64,000 nt of DNA. It comes from an uncultured Pseudomonadota bacterium. Lineage in GTDB: Bacteria > Myxococcota_A > Polyangia > Fen-1088. The notes beneath the pieces were generated by a model. That model was not told the origin of the DNA and did not search any database. It saw only the letters and a list, made by a program, of their open reading frames with translations. Where the stretch lies: contig CAWKBC010000017.1 in assembly GCA_963847705.1 (NCBI GenBank), positions 192,001-256,000 of the forward strand. The letters run 5' to 3'. Each line of letters starts with the position of its first letter. Position 1 is the stretch's first letter. This document shows positions 10,408 to 20,604 of the stretch, in pieces. Made by a program: the position numbers and the translations under genes.

Positions 10408-12111
10408 ATGCGGGTGAACCTGAATAACACAGTGATTTTCGACGAGCAAGCGTGGCCAACGCGGTTTGCGGTTGTGCTGGCGCTCGCCGTTTGGTCGCTC
10501 TCCTTGTCGGTCGCGGGCTGTCGATCGAAGAAGGAGAAGCCGGCCTCCGCCGCTGCTTCAGCCGGTCCCGATCTCCAGCTGATCCATCCGCCGCCGCCGC
10601 CCGCGGAGGATGTGCCCGCTCCGGCTGACGTCCCGGCGCCGGCCCGGCGGGGCGGGGTGCTGCGCGTCCACCTCGACGCCGAGCCGACCAGCCTGTTGCC
10701 GCTCGCCGAGTCGGACGCCGCCGCCGCGCAGGTGACCAACGGCCTCGTCTACGAGACGCTGCTCGACTGCCGCGATGGAACCTACAAGCCGGGCCTCGCC
10801 GAGAGCTGGGACGTCTCGAACGACGGTATGCGCCTGGCGGTGCGGGTGCGCAGCGGCGTTCACTGGCACGACCACCGCGCGTTCGGCGTGCTCGACGTGC
10901 AGGGGACGGTCGAGCCGCTCTTGCGGACGGGGACCGACGCGCCGGTGCTGCGCGCCGAGCTGGCCGACGTCGCGTCGATCGAGCTGGTGACCGAGCGGAC
11001 CGTCCGCTTCGTGCTCAAGCGGCCCTCGGACTTCGCGCTGCGGGCGCTCTGCGACGTGCCGATGCTCCCCGACCATCTGGTGCACGGCATCCGCCCGGAG
11101 GCCTCGCCGATCGCGCGCCAGCCGGTCGGCACGGGGCCGTTTCGTTTCGCCGGCTGGGATCACGGCAAGCGGATCCGGCTCGAGCGCGCGCCCGAGTACT
11201 GGGGCCCGCCGGCCGGCGTCGACGAGATCGTGTTCGACCTCGATCCCGACGCGGTCCGCTCGCTCAACCGCACCCGGCGCGGCGAGATCGACGTCCTGTC
11301 GCGCGTGATCGACGCCCACTATCCGGACCAGGTGGAGCCGACCACCTTGCACGGCGGCACGACGCTGCTCCGGCTGCGCTCCCGCCGGTATTCGTTCCTG
11401 GCGGTCAATCACCAGCACTACCCGCTCAGCGATCCCCGCTTTCGCAAGGCGCTGACGCTGCTCTGGGATCGAACGCGCTTCGCCGGCGAGCTGCACAACG
11501 ATCTGGCGCGCCCGATCGGCGGCCCGCCCCTGGTCGACGATCTTCCGGCGCCGCCGCTCGATCGCCCGCGCGCGGCCACCGCGCTGGACGACGCTGGCTA
11601 CCGCGACAGCGACGCCGACGGCGTGCGCGATCACCTCGGCCATCCGATTCGCCTGACGCTGCTCGAGCCGGCCGGCAACCGGCAGTTCCACGTCGAGGCG
11701 CACGCCTTCGCGCTGGAGGCGCGCAAGGTCGGCATCCTGGTCGACCTGGTGCCGGCGGATGCCGCCACCATCCAGCAGCGGCTGAAGCGGGGGGAGTTCG
11801 ATCTCGTGCCACTCATCTGGGAGGGGACGCCCGACGAGGATCCCGAGCCGCTCTATGGAACGGGCGGGGCGTTCAACTACGGCGGCTACCGCTCGAGCGC
11901 GCTCGAGGCGCTGATCGACGAGGCCAGGGGCGCCGCCGGACCGAGCGCGCGCGCGCCGATCCTGGCGCGCATCGCGCATCTCCTCGCCGACGAGCAGCCG
12001 GTGATCTTTCTGTATCGCTACGACATCCCGGCGCTGGCTTCGACGCGCGTGCACGGGCTGGCCGCAGTCGGAGACCGGTTCGATCTCCGGCGCGTCTGGC
12101 TCGACCCATAA
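10408..12111 (+). CDS. ABC transporter substrate-binding lipoprotein, family 5 (peptide/nickel)
   Basis: Lipobox VAGC; VYETLL, PGLAESWDVS, PVGTGPFRF motifs. Start uncertain; no cognate permease adjacent. Confidence 0.88.
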   Translation: MRVNLNNTVIFDEQAWPTRFAVVLALAVWSLSLSVAGCRSKKEKPASAAASAGPDLQLIHPPPPPAEDVPAPADVPAPARRGGVLRVHLDAEPTSLLPLAESDAAAAQVTNGLVYETLLDCRDGTYKPGLAESWDVSNDGMRLAVRVRSGVHWHDHRAFGVLDVQGTVEPLLRTGTDAPVLRAELADVASIELVTERTVRFVLKRPSDFALRALCDVPMLPDHLVHGIRPEASPIARQPVGTGPFRFAGWDHGKRIRLERAPEYWGPPAGVDEIVFDLDPDAVRSLNRTRRGEIDVLSRVIDAHYPDQVEPTTLHGGTTLLRLRSRRYSFLAVNHQHYPLSDPRFRKALTLLWDRTRFAGELHNDLARPIGGPPLVDDLPAPPLDRPRAATALDDAGYRDSDADGVRDHLGHPIRLTLLEPAGNRQFHVEAHAFALEARKVGILVDLVPADAATIQQRLKRGEFDLVPLIWEGTPDEDPEPLYGTGGAFNYGGYRSSALEALIDEARGAAGPSARAPILARIAHLLADEQPVIFLYRYDIPALASTRVHGLAAVGDRFDLRRVWLDP

Positions 12112-12114
12112 ACG

Positions 12115-13227
12115 ATGACCGGGACGCTCGGGATGACGAAGCTCGCGCTGGCGTTCGTCCTGGGGCTCGACCCGGGCCGGGCGCTCGGCGGCTGCCTCCC
12201 CCCGAAGCCGACGGCGGGCACTGGCGTCGCCGATCCCTTCAAGCCGCCCGACCCCCAGGCGACCGAGCTGAACGCCGCGGCGAAGGTTCTTTATCGCCAA
12301 GGCAAATGGGAAGAGGCGCGCACGGAGTACCGCGCGGCCGCGGCTGCCGATCCGACCTTCCTGGCGCCGCGCCTCAACGTCGCCTGCTCATACGTCCGCC
12401 AGGAGCGGTTCGGCGAGGCGGCGAGCGAGGTGCGCGCGCTCATCGAGCGGGCCTACGTCCCCTGGTCGCGGGAGGTGCTGGAAGCGGCGGATCTGGGGGC
12501 GCTCAAGGTGCAGCCTCAGATGGTGGAGCTCGAGCGCGCGCTGGCCGCTGCGGCGGTCGCGTGGGGCGCCGGCCTCGACGAGAGCGTCATCTTCGTCGGC
12601 CGCCTGCGGGCGCCGCTGCACGTCCCGCCGGACGGCGCGGGCGAATTCATCCTCAACCCGCACCAGGAGGTCTTCGCCTTCACGCCGTCGACGGGGCTCT
12701 ACCGGCAGCTCACGGCCGAGGACGGCCACGTCGTGGCGGTGGCGCTGGCGCCCGATCGGCGCCGGATCGTCTACGTCACGGCAGGGAAGCTGGTCCGCGG
12801 CGCCAGGCCGGACACCGTCGCGCTGGACGGCGTCGCCCTCGGCGAGCTGACGCTGGCGACCATGACCGCCGGCCCGCCGCTCCCCATCGCGGGCCCCGTC
12901 CGGCGGCTCGAGATCGCCGGGACGCCGCACGGGTTCGCCTACCGCATCGAAGGGGAGCGCACGAACGGTCTGTTCGTGGTCGGCGCCACCCGGACGCTGG
13001 TTCCCCTCGGCGGTGCCAAGCTCCCAGGTGTGCCGCTCGCGGTCTTGACGCCGGGGGGGCCGTTGCCGGTCGGTTCAGTGGCGGTCCCCGGCGGCTGTCC
13101 GGTCGTCGCGCGGGATCGAAAATCGGCGGAGGGGGGCCGCGCGATCCTCCTCACCGCCCATGGGCAACCGTCCCGGACCATCGGCGGCCTCTCCGGCGCG
13201 GGCCTGTCCGGACTTCCGCTCCCGTAA
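12115..13227 (+). CDS. Hypothetical TPR-containing exported protein
   Basis: TPR-like LYRQGKWEEARTEYRAA...RLNVAC; starts 3 nt after the previous gene. Confidence 0.65.
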   Translation: MTGTLGMTKLALAFVLGLDPGRALGGCLPPKPTAGTGVADPFKPPDPQATELNAAAKVLYRQGKWEEARTEYRAAAAADPTFLAPRLNVACSYVRQERFGEAASEVRALIERAYVPWSREVLEAADLGALKVQPQMVELERALAAAAVAWGAGLDESVIFVGRLRAPLHVPPDGAGEFILNPHQEVFAFTPSTGLYRQLTAEDGHVVAVALAPDRRRIVYVTAGKLVRGARPDTVALDGVALGELTLATMTAGPPLPIAGPVRRLEIAGTPHGFAYRIEGERTNGLFVVGATRTLVPLGGAKLPGVPLAVLTPGGPLPVGSVAVPGGCPVVARDRKSAEGGRAILLTAHGQPSRTIGGLSGAGLSGLPLP

Positions 13228-13293
13228 GCGGGTCGTAACTTACAAGGATGAGCAAAAAATTGCGGCTGTGCACAGGTAGGATAGTGTACGACC

Positions 13294-13494
13294 ATGTCGG
13301 CAAAACCACGTATCCTCTGGATTGTTCCGGCGGCCGTCCTGGCTTCGTGGCTGGCGGTTCGCTCCTTGGCGGCCTTCCCGGCCTACGGGCTGGAAGACCC
13401 GCCCATTTCGACCGCGATGCCCAAGATTCCCGATCCCGTGCTGGCGGAGATGATCTCCCGCTTCGCGGTCGAAGCCCGGCTCCACCACAACTAG
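13294..13494 (+). CDS. Small hypothetical protein (66 aa) with hydrophobic N-terminus
   Basis: Fills the gap between co-oriented genes; signal/TM-like segment. Confidence 0.5.
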   Translation: MSAKPRILWIVPAAVLASWLAVRSLAAFPAYGLEDPPISTAMPKIPDPVLAEMISRFAVEARLHHN

Positions 13495-13513
13495 TCGTCG
13501 CCGGAGCGCGGCG

Positions 13514-14455
13514 ATGAGTCTCTGTCTCGTCACGGGCGGGGCAGGGTTCATCGGGTCCTCGCTGGCCCGGGCGCTGATTGCGCGCGGCGATCGCGTGCGG
13601 GTGATCGACAACTTCTCGTCCGGCAAGCGCGAGAACCTCGCCGACCTCGCCGACCAGATCGAGCTCGTCGAGGGGGACATCCTGGACGACCAGGCGCTGG
13701 CGCGCGCCATCAACGGGGTCGAGCTGGTGTTTCACGAGGCGGCCATCCCCTCGGTGCCGAAGTCGATGGCCGAGCCGATCGAGAACCACGCCGCCAACGC
13801 CACCGGCACCTTGCGGGTGCTCGAGGCGGCGCGGCGGGCGGGGATTCGCCGGCTGGTCTACGCGGCCTCGTCAGCCGCCTACGGCGACGATCCGCAGCTC
13901 CCCAAGATCGAGACCATGCCGCCCGCGCCGATCTCGCCGTACGGTGGGTCGAAGCTGGCGGGCGAGCAGTACGCGCAGATCTACGCGCGCGCCTACGGCG
14001 TGGAGACGGTCTGTCTGCGCTACTTCAACGTGTTCGGGCCGCGGCAGGATCCGGCCTCCGAGTACGCGGCGGTGATCCCCAAGTTCATCACCTCGGCGCT
14101 GGCGGGGAAGCAGCCGCGCATCTTCGGCGACGGCTCGCAGTCGCGCGACTTCTGCTTCATCGACAACATCATCGAGGCCAACTTCAAGGCCGCCGCCGCC
14201 GAGGCGCGCGCGGTCTCGGGCGGTGTCTTCAACATCGCCTGCGGTCAGGCGACCGATCTCAACCGGGTGGTCGCGCTCATCGGCGACTTCCTGGGGCAAA
14301 AGGTGTCGGCGATCTACGAGGACGAGCGCGCGGGGGACATCAAGCACTCCTGGGCCGACATCGGCGCGGCCCGGGCGCGCCTCGGCTACACCGCGGGCGT
14401 CTCGTTCGCCGAGGGCCTCGGGCGCACCATCGACTGGTATAAGTCCAAGGGGTGA
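13514..14455 (+). CDS. NAD-dependent nucleotide-sugar epimerase/dehydratase (WbpP-like)
   Basis: TGGAGFIGS, YGGSK, LRYFNVFGPRQDP; GGAG RBS. Confidence 0.95.
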   Translation: MSLCLVTGGAGFIGSSLARALIARGDRVRVIDNFSSGKRENLADLADQIELVEGDILDDQALARAINGVELVFHEAAIPSVPKSMAEPIENHAANATGTLRVLEAARRAGIRRLVYAASSAAYGDDPQLPKIETMPPAPISPYGGSKLAGEQYAQIYARAYGVETVCLRYFNVFGPRQDPASEYAAVIPKFITSALAGKQPRIFGDGSQSRDFCFIDNIIEANFKAAAAEARAVSGGVFNIACGQATDLNRVVALIGDFLGQKVSAIYEDERAGDIKHSWADIGAARARLGYTAGVSFAEGLGRTIDWYKSKG

Positions 14456-15309
14456 GCCTCCTCAGCATGACCGGTTTCGGGCGCGGGTCGGTGGACGCCG
14501 GCGAGCGCCGGCTGCGGGTGGAGATCCGCTCCGTCAATCACCGCGGCCTCGACCTCAAGATCCGCAGCGGCGAGTCGGACGCCTTCTGCGACAGCGAGAT
14601 CGCGCGCGCGGTGCGGGCAGCGGTGGAGCGGGGCGCGGTGACGGTGCTGATCCGCGACGAGTCGGCGGCCGCCTCGGCGGGGATCGACGCGGCGCGGGTG
14701 CGGGCGCTCCACGGGGTGCTCGAACAGCTGCGGCAGGAGCTGCGGATCGCCGAGCCGGTCTCGCTGGGGACGGTCGGCGCGTTTCTGGGCGGCAGCCACG
14801 GCTCCGCGCTCTCGGGCGAGACGCTGTGGGAGTTGCTGCGTCCGGCGGTGGCGGCGGCGCTCAAGGAGCTCACGGCGATGCGGGCCCGCGAGGGGGCGGC
14901 GCTAGCGGTCGATCTGGAGACGCGCCGGGTGCATCTCCAGGAGATGGCGGCCAGCCTGGGGTCCCGGGCCGCGACGCTGCCGGAGAAGTTCGCCCAGCGC
15001 CTCCAGGAGCGTCTCGCCGGGCAGACCGCCATCGAGCCGGGGCGCCTGGCGCAAGAGGTGGCGCTGATGGCCGAGCGCCTGGACGTCACCGAGGAGCTGG
15101 TCCGCCTGGAGACCCATCTCGGGCATCTGGGGGAGATCCTGAAAGGGAAGGGCGCGGTCGGGCGAAAGCTCGACTTCGTGGTTCAAGAAATCGGTCGCGA
15201 GCTGAACACCGTCGCCTCCAAGGCCCAGGACGCCGAGATGGCGGCGGTGGTCATCGACGCCAAGGCGGAGCTGGAAAAGCTGCGCGAGCAGGCGCAAAAC
15301 GTCGAATGA
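14452..15309 (+). CDS. yicC: YicC/YloC family endoribonuclease
   Basis: SMTGFGR, SVNHRGLD, GRKLDF.VQE..RELNTVASK, EKLREQAQNVE. Confidence 0.95.
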   Translation: MSLLSMTGFGRGSVDAGERRLRVEIRSVNHRGLDLKIRSGESDAFCDSEIARAVRAAVERGAVTVLIRDESAAASAGIDAARVRALHGVLEQLRQELRIAEPVSLGTVGAFLGGSHGSALSGETLWELLRPAVAAALKELTAMRAREGAALAVDLETRRVHLQEMAASLGSRAATLPEKFAQRLQERLAGQTAIEPGRLAQEVALMAERLDVTEELVRLETHLGHLGEILKGKGAVGRKLDFVVQEIGRELNTVASKAQDAEMAAVVIDAKAELEKLREQAQNVE

Positions 15310-15388
15310 GCCGGGCGAGATTCGGTCGGTGTTGGTAAGACGCGGCCGAAACTCGGCCGCTGTCGACGGTGATGATAGACTTTCCCCG

Positions 15389-16045
15389 ATGACAGACGAG
15401 GAGCTGGGCGCGCACAGGGGCATCCTGCTCGTGATTTCGTCCCCCTCGGGGGCGGGCAAGACGACGCTGGCGCACCTCCTGGCCGAGCAGGAGCGGCTGG
15501 AATTCTCCGTCTCCTACACCACGCGGGCACCGCGGACCGGCGAGCGGGACGGCGTCGACTACAAGTACGTCACGGAGGACGAGTTCACACGGATGGTCGA
15601 CCGGAACGAGTTCGCCGAGTGGGCGGTGGTCCACGGCGCGCGCTACGGGACGGCGGTCCACACCGTCAATCGGGCGCTCGAGGACGGCAAGGACTACCTC
15701 TTCGACGTCGACTGGCAGGGGGGGGCCCAGATCCGGCGCCAGTGGCCGGAAGAGAGCGTCCTCGTCTTCATCTTGCCGCCTTCGATGGCCGAGCTCGAGC
15801 GGCGGCTGCGGCGGCGGGCGACCGATTCGCCGGCGGCCATCGAGCGCCGCCTCCTGACCGCCACCCGGGAGCTGGAGCACTTCGCCGAGTACGACTTCCT
15901 GGTGGTGAACGACAACCTCGAAACCGCGCTCAAGGAGCTGTCATCTATATATGTGGCGGCCCGCTGCGCGCGGTCGCGGCGCGGACACTACGGACACGCG
16001 TTGCTCGGCGAGGCGCGGACGAGGGGGCAGCCTCCCAGCCAATGA
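15389..16045 (+). CDS. gmk: Guanylate kinase
   Basis: SPSGAGKTT, SYTTRAPR, DGVDY, FILPPS. Confidence 0.96.
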   Translation: MTDEELGAHRGILLVISSPSGAGKTTLAHLLAEQERLEFSVSYTTRAPRTGERDGVDYKYVTEDEFTRMVDRNEFAEWAVVHGARYGTAVHTVNRALEDGKDYLFDVDWQGGAQIRRQWPEESVLVFILPPSMAELERRLRRRATDSPAAIERRLLTATRELEHFAEYDFLVVNDNLETALKELSSIYVAARCARSRRGHYGHALLGEARTRGQPPSQ

Positions 16046-18192
16046 ACGAGGTACAAGAGATCTGCACGCAGGTGCGCGGCTACGACGCCGCGGCAGACAC
16101 CGCCCTCATCGAACGCAGCTTCGCCTTCGCCGCCGAGCGGCACGCCGGCCAGAAGCGCCGCTCGGGCGAGCCCTACGTCGTCCATCCAGTGGGGGTGGCG
16201 CGGATCATCTCCGAGCTGCGGCTCGACGTCCCCTCGATCTGCGCGGGCCTCTTGCACGACTGCGTGGAGGACACCAGCGCCACCGCGGAGGACATCGGCC
16301 GGCTCTTCGGCACCGAGATCCAGTTCCTCGTCGAGGGGGTGACCAAGCTCGGTCAGATCCCCTGGACCACCCGGGAAGAGCGCCAGGCGGAGAACTTCCG
16401 CAAGATGCTGCTGGCGATGGCGCGCGACATCCGCGTCATCCTGATCAAGCTCGCCGATCGCGTCGACAACATGCGGACGCTGGCCCACATGCCGCGCGAC
16501 AAGCAGGAGCGGATCTCCCGCGAGACGCGGGAGATCTACGCGCCGCTGGCCAACCGGCTGGGGATCCAGTGGATGAAGGTCGAGCTCGAGGATCTGGCCT
16601 TCATGTACCTCGACCCGGCCGAGCACGATCAGCTGGTCTCGCGGCTGGCGGAGACCGCGGGCTCGCGCGAGTCCTACATCACCGAGGTCGTCGAGCGGCT
16701 GAAGACGGTGCTGGCCGAGGGGGAGATCAAGGCGCAGGTCTACGGTCGGGCCAAGCACCTCTGGTCGATCTACCAGAAGATGAAGAAGACCGGCCGCGAC
16801 GTGGAGCAGATCTACGACGTGCTGGCCTTCCGCGTGCTCACCGAGTCGGTGCGCGACTGCTACGCCGTGCTGGGCGTGGTCCATTCCAACTGGACGCCGG
16901 TGCCGGGGCGCTTCAAGGACTTCATCGCGCTCCCCAAGCCGAACCTCTATCAATCGCTGCACACCACGGTGATCGGGCCGCGGGCCGAGCGGATGGAGGT
17001 GCAGATCCGGACGCAGGAGATGCACCGGATCGCCGAGCAGGGGATCGCGGCGCACTGGAAGTACAAGGAGCAGAAGACCCCCGGCGCCGACGACGGCAAG
17101 GCCTTCGCCTGGCTGCGCCAGCTGATGGAGTGGCAGCGCGATCTCAAGGACCCCACCGAGTTCATCGAGACGGTGAAGATCGATCTCTTCCAGGACGAGG
17201 TCTTCGTCTTCACGCCCAAGGGGGACGTCAAGGCGCTCCCCAAGGGGTCCACCCCGATCGATCTCGCCTACGCCATCCACTCGCAGGTCGGCGAGCACTG
17301 CTCAGGCGCGCGGGTGAACGGCCTCATCGTCCCCTTGCGCTATGCGCTTCGCAACGGCGACACGGTGGAGATCCTCGCCTCGGCCAGCCAGAAGCCCTCC
17401 AAGGACTGGCTGAAGTTCGTCATCACCAGCCGGGCCCGCACCAAGATCCGCCACTTCATCCGGATGGAGCAGCGCGAGCGCAGCGCCCAGATGGGGCGCG
17501 ATCTCCTGGGGCGCGAGCTGCGCAAGCAGGACGCCTCGCTCGCCTCCGCCGAGCGCGATGGCCTCCTCGAGTCGGCGGCCCAACGGCTGCGGCTCGGCAC
17601 CGCCGACGAGCTGCTGGTCGCCATCGGCTACGGTCGGGTCAGCCCAGGACACGCCGCCGACGCCGTCCTGGTCGATCGTGTCGTCGACGGCTCAGCGCCG
17701 GCCGCACCGACGGCGGAGGTCCCGGCTGCCGCCCGTCGCCCCATCCTCAAGCGCTCGATCGGCGGCATCAAGGTCCAGGGTGAGGCCGACATCCTGGTGA
17801 AGTTCGCCAAGTGCTGCACGCCGGTCCCGGGTGACTCGATCGTCGGGTTCATCAGCCGCGGTCACGGCGTCGTCATCCACACCCGCGAGTGCGGCAAGGC
17901 GCTCGACCTCGATCCGCTGCGCCGGGTCGACGTCAGCTGGGACGACGAATCGAAGGCGGTCCGCCCGGTGGCGGTCCAGGTGACCTGTTCGGACCGCCCG
18001 GGCCTGCTGGCCGCCATCTCCAAGTCCTTCACCGAGCACGGGGTCAACATCTCCCAGGCCAGGTGCCGGACCTCCGAGGACGGCCGCGCCGTGAACACCT
18101 TCCAGGTCACGGTCGGGCACCTCGACCAGCTCAAGACCGTGCTGCGGAACCTGGAAACAATCCAAGGGGTGGTTTCGGCCACCCGGCTGTGA
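16042..18192 (+). CDS. relA: Bifunctional (p)ppGpp synthetase/hydrolase, RelA/SpoT family
   Basis: Intact hydrolase motif LLHDCVED, synthetase RFKD and YQSLHT, TGS and ACT domains; ATGA overlap with gmk. Confidence 0.95.
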   Translation: MNEVQEICTQVRGYDAAADTALIERSFAFAAERHAGQKRRSGEPYVVHPVGVARIISELRLDVPSICAGLLHDCVEDTSATAEDIGRLFGTEIQFLVEGVTKLGQIPWTTREERQAENFRKMLLAMARDIRVILIKLADRVDNMRTLAHMPRDKQERISRETREIYAPLANRLGIQWMKVELEDLAFMYLDPAEHDQLVSRLAETAGSRESYITEVVERLKTVLAEGEIKAQVYGRAKHLWSIYQKMKKTGRDVEQIYDVLAFRVLTESVRDCYAVLGVVHSNWTPVPGRFKDFIALPKPNLYQSLHTTVIGPRAERMEVQIRTQEMHRIAEQGIAAHWKYKEQKTPGADDGKAFAWLRQLMEWQRDLKDPTEFIETVKIDLFQDEVFVFTPKGDVKALPKGSTPIDLAYAIHSQVGEHCSGARVNGLIVPLRYALRNGDTVEILASASQKPSKDWLKFVITSRARTKIRHFIRMEQRERSAQMGRDLLGRELRKQDASLASAERDGLLESAAQRLRLGTADELLVAIGYGRVSPGHAADAVLVDRVVDGSAPAAPTAEVPAAARRPILKRSIGGIKVQGEADILVKFAKCCTPVPGDSIVGFISRGHGVVIHTRECGKALDLDPLRRVDVSWDDESKAVRPVAVQVTCSDRPGLLAAISKSFTEHGVNISQARCRTSEDGRAVNTFQVTVGHLDQLKTVLRNLETIQGVVSATRL

Positions 18193-18207
18193 TAGAAGGC
18201 CGCGGCG

Positions 18208-18354
18208 ATGGCTTCGAACACACGAAAGACTTGGAAGCGCCGGGTGCGCAAGCACGCGACCATGGGTAAGAAGCGCAAGGCCGTGGAGTCGAAGCGCTCG
18301 ACCCCCTCGGCCGAGGCGCTGTTTGCCGAGCTCGGCACGCCCGGAAAAGACTAG
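18208..18354 (+). CDS. Small basic protein (48 aa), absent from the ORF track
   Basis: MASNTRKTWKRRVRKHATMGKKRKAVESKRSTPSAEALFAELGTPGKD*; starts 15 nt after the rel stop with GAAGG upstream. Confidence 0.65.
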   Translation: MASNTRKTWKRRVRKHATMGKKRKAVESKRSTPSAEALFAELGTPGKD

Positions 18355-18422
18355 GCGCTCGGCCTGCCCGCCCAGGGGCAGTGGAACCGGCGGCGGACGA
18401 CTGCACCCGATAGGTGCGGTTG

Positions 18423-18500
18423 TTGGCCGAGGTTTTGGTCAACTTAATTGGTCAGTTTATTGGCCAATTATTGATCTTGGTGACGAAGTGTGCGTTAACT
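18423..18500. promoter_or_regulatory. AT-rich upstream region with an array of TTGGYC(A/G) motifs
   Basis: TTGGCCGA (18423), TTGGTCAA (18435), TTGGTCAG (18448), TTGGCCAA (18460), spaced 12-13 bp. Confidence 0.45.
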
Positions 18501-18570
18501 ATGGTTTGACGTCGCGCGACGAATCGGCGACTTCCCTTGCTCGTCCCCAGGTCGTGAGGCCAAGAGCCGG

Positions 18571-20604
18571 ATGAAAGTCTGCCCGAACTGCCAGACCAAG
18601 TATCCCGAAGACTCCAACTTTTGTCCGCAAGAGACGTGCGCGACGCCTGAGGGCCCACGCAGGTTGGAGATCATCTCGGAAGCGCCCAGGGTGGGCGCCC
18701 GCTACGAGATGGAGGGGCAGATCGGCGGCCGCCGCAGCGGCGAGGTCTTCCGTGCCCGCGACCAGCAATCCGGCGCCACCGTCGCCTACAAGCGGGTCAC
18801 GCGCGCGGTGCTGACCTCTCCTGCGGTGGTCGAACGCTCGCAGCGCGAGCTCAAACAGCTGCAGCGCGCCCAGAGCCCTCGGCTGGCCAAGATTCTCGAC
18901 TTCGGCAAGGAGCCCGACGGACAGCTGTTCGTCGTCAGCGAGCTCGCCGACGGACAGACGCTCGCACAGGTGGTGGCCGCCTCCGGCCCGTTCCCGCTCG
19001 AGCGGGCCAAGAAGATCGCCGCCCAGATCGGCGAGGCGCTGCTGGAGGGGCAAAAGGTCGGCGTCGTGCACCACGATCTCGCGCCCAAGAACGTGCTGGT
19101 CGGCGCAGGCGATCAGGTGAAGCTGATCAACTTCGTGGCGCCCGTTCCGGTCACCGAGACCGTGTTCGGCGTCCCCGAGTACCTCTCGCCCGAGCAGGCG
19201 GAAGGCAAGCTCGTCGATCAGCGCTCGAACACCTACAGCCTGGGCGGGATCCTGCTGTTCATGCTGACCGGCCAGCCGCCGGTCGAGGGGGCGAGCGCGG
19301 GCGCCGTCCTCGAACAGGTGATGAAGGGCTCGCCGGTCCCGCCCAGCCTTCGGGTGCAGGGGCTGAACGCGGAGATCGATCGCGTCATCGGCAAGGCGAT
19401 GGACAAGAGTCCAAACCGCCGCCCGCTGACCATCCGACAGTTCCTGACGGACGTGGCGGGCCTGATGGCGGTGGCGCCGCAGGCCGCCGACCCGTCGCGC
19501 GGCGTCGGGTTTGCCAAGACGATGATGTTCGCGGGCGGTTCGCCCGAGGCCCAGAAGCTGGTCAACCAGGCGCTGGCAGCGCGCGCCGAGGCCAACGGCA
19601 CCGGGGCGCCACCACCGGGCGCGGCGGGACCGAACGCCACGGCGCCCATCGCGATGGTCGCGTCCGAGGCGCGGGGGGCCAGCGACGCGCAGGCGACGCC
19701 GCCGCCCGTGGCCCGTCCCACGGGGGCGGGGGGCGCGACGGCCGACGGGCCGGGCCCGCGTCGGACCCACGGCGCAGCGATCGCCGCCACGATGGTTGCG
19801 CTGCCGGCAGCAGGGAGGATTCCCGGCGCCGTGACCGGACAGAACGAGCTCGACAGCGGGGCCCAGCCGACGCCGCCACCGGTGGCGCCCGCGCCGACCG
19901 CCGCCGCAGCAGCGGCCGGAGCAGGGGGGGCCGCCAAGACGACCGGCGCCGCCGCTTTCCGTGAGACGCTCTGGTTCAAGCAGGGGGACGTCGATCAGAT
20001 GGTCGCCGATGCGCGTGCCAAGCTCGACGCCTCGCGGGCCAAATCGGGGGCAGGAGCGCCGGCTCCCGCGCCGGAGCCCGAGGCTGTGGTCGCGGCCGTC
20101 GAGGCGAAGCCGCTCGAGGATCGTTACCGCGACGACGGCACCGTCTCGGTGGACGATCGCAAGAAATACTCGCTTCGCTCCGGTGCCACCAGCACCTCGC
20201 TTCCCACCGTCGGCGGCGCGGTCCCGGGCGAGCGGATGAGCGCCGAAGAAATGATGGGCGAGATCGGTGGCGGCAAACGGACCGTCATCATCATCGCCGC
20301 CGTCGCGGTGGTTCTGGCGGTGGTGGTCGGGATGTACCTGGCCTTCCGCGGCAAGCATGTCGCGCAGAGCGCCGCCGCGCTGACGCCGGTTGCCGTTCCG
20401 ACGCAGCCGACGCCGGCCCCGCCTCCACCGGCTCCCCCGGCGCCGGCTCCCGCCGCCGCACCGCCGCCGGCAGCAGCGGCGGCCCCGGCCGCTCCGGCCG
20501 AGGCCCCGGCCGCTGGGGCGGACGATGAGCAGGCGCCCAAGCCTCACGCTTCAGCGGCCAAGAAGCACGCGGCCAAAAAAGCCAAGGGCAAGAAGCACCA
20601 CTAG
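18571..20604 (+). CDS. Ser/Thr kinase-like membrane protein, probable pseudokinase
   Basis: N-terminal CPNC..C ribbon; VAYK, HHDLAPKN, PEYLSPEQ; DFG replaced by NFV; C-terminal TM and Pro/Ala-rich tail. Confidence 0.85.
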   Translation: MKVCPNCQTKYPEDSNFCPQETCATPEGPRRLEIISEAPRVGARYEMEGQIGGRRSGEVFRARDQQSGATVAYKRVTRAVLTSPAVVERSQRELKQLQRAQSPRLAKILDFGKEPDGQLFVVSELADGQTLAQVVAASGPFPLERAKKIAAQIGEALLEGQKVGVVHHDLAPKNVLVGAGDQVKLINFVAPVPVTETVFGVPEYLSPEQAEGKLVDQRSNTYSLGGILLFMLTGQPPVEGASAGAVLEQVMKGSPVPPSLRVQGLNAEIDRVIGKAMDKSPNRRPLTIRQFLTDVAGLMAVAPQAADPSRGVGFAKTMMFAGGSPEAQKLVNQALAARAEANGTGAPPPGAAGPNATAPIAMVASEARGASDAQATPPPVARPTGAGGATADGPGPRRTHGAAIAATMVALPAAGRIPGAVTGQNELDSGAQPTPPPVAPAPTAAAAAAGAGGAAKTTGAAAFRETLWFKQGDVDQMVADARAKLDASRAKSGAGAPAPAPEPEAVVAAVEAKPLEDRYRDDGTVSVDDRKKYSLRSGATSTSLPTVGGAVPGERMSAEEMMGEIGGGKRTVIIIAAVAVVLAVVVGMYLAFRGKHVAQSAAALTPVAVPTQPTPAPPPPAPPAPAPAAAPPPAAAAAPAAPAEAPAAGADDEQAPKPHASAAKKHAAKKAKGKKHH

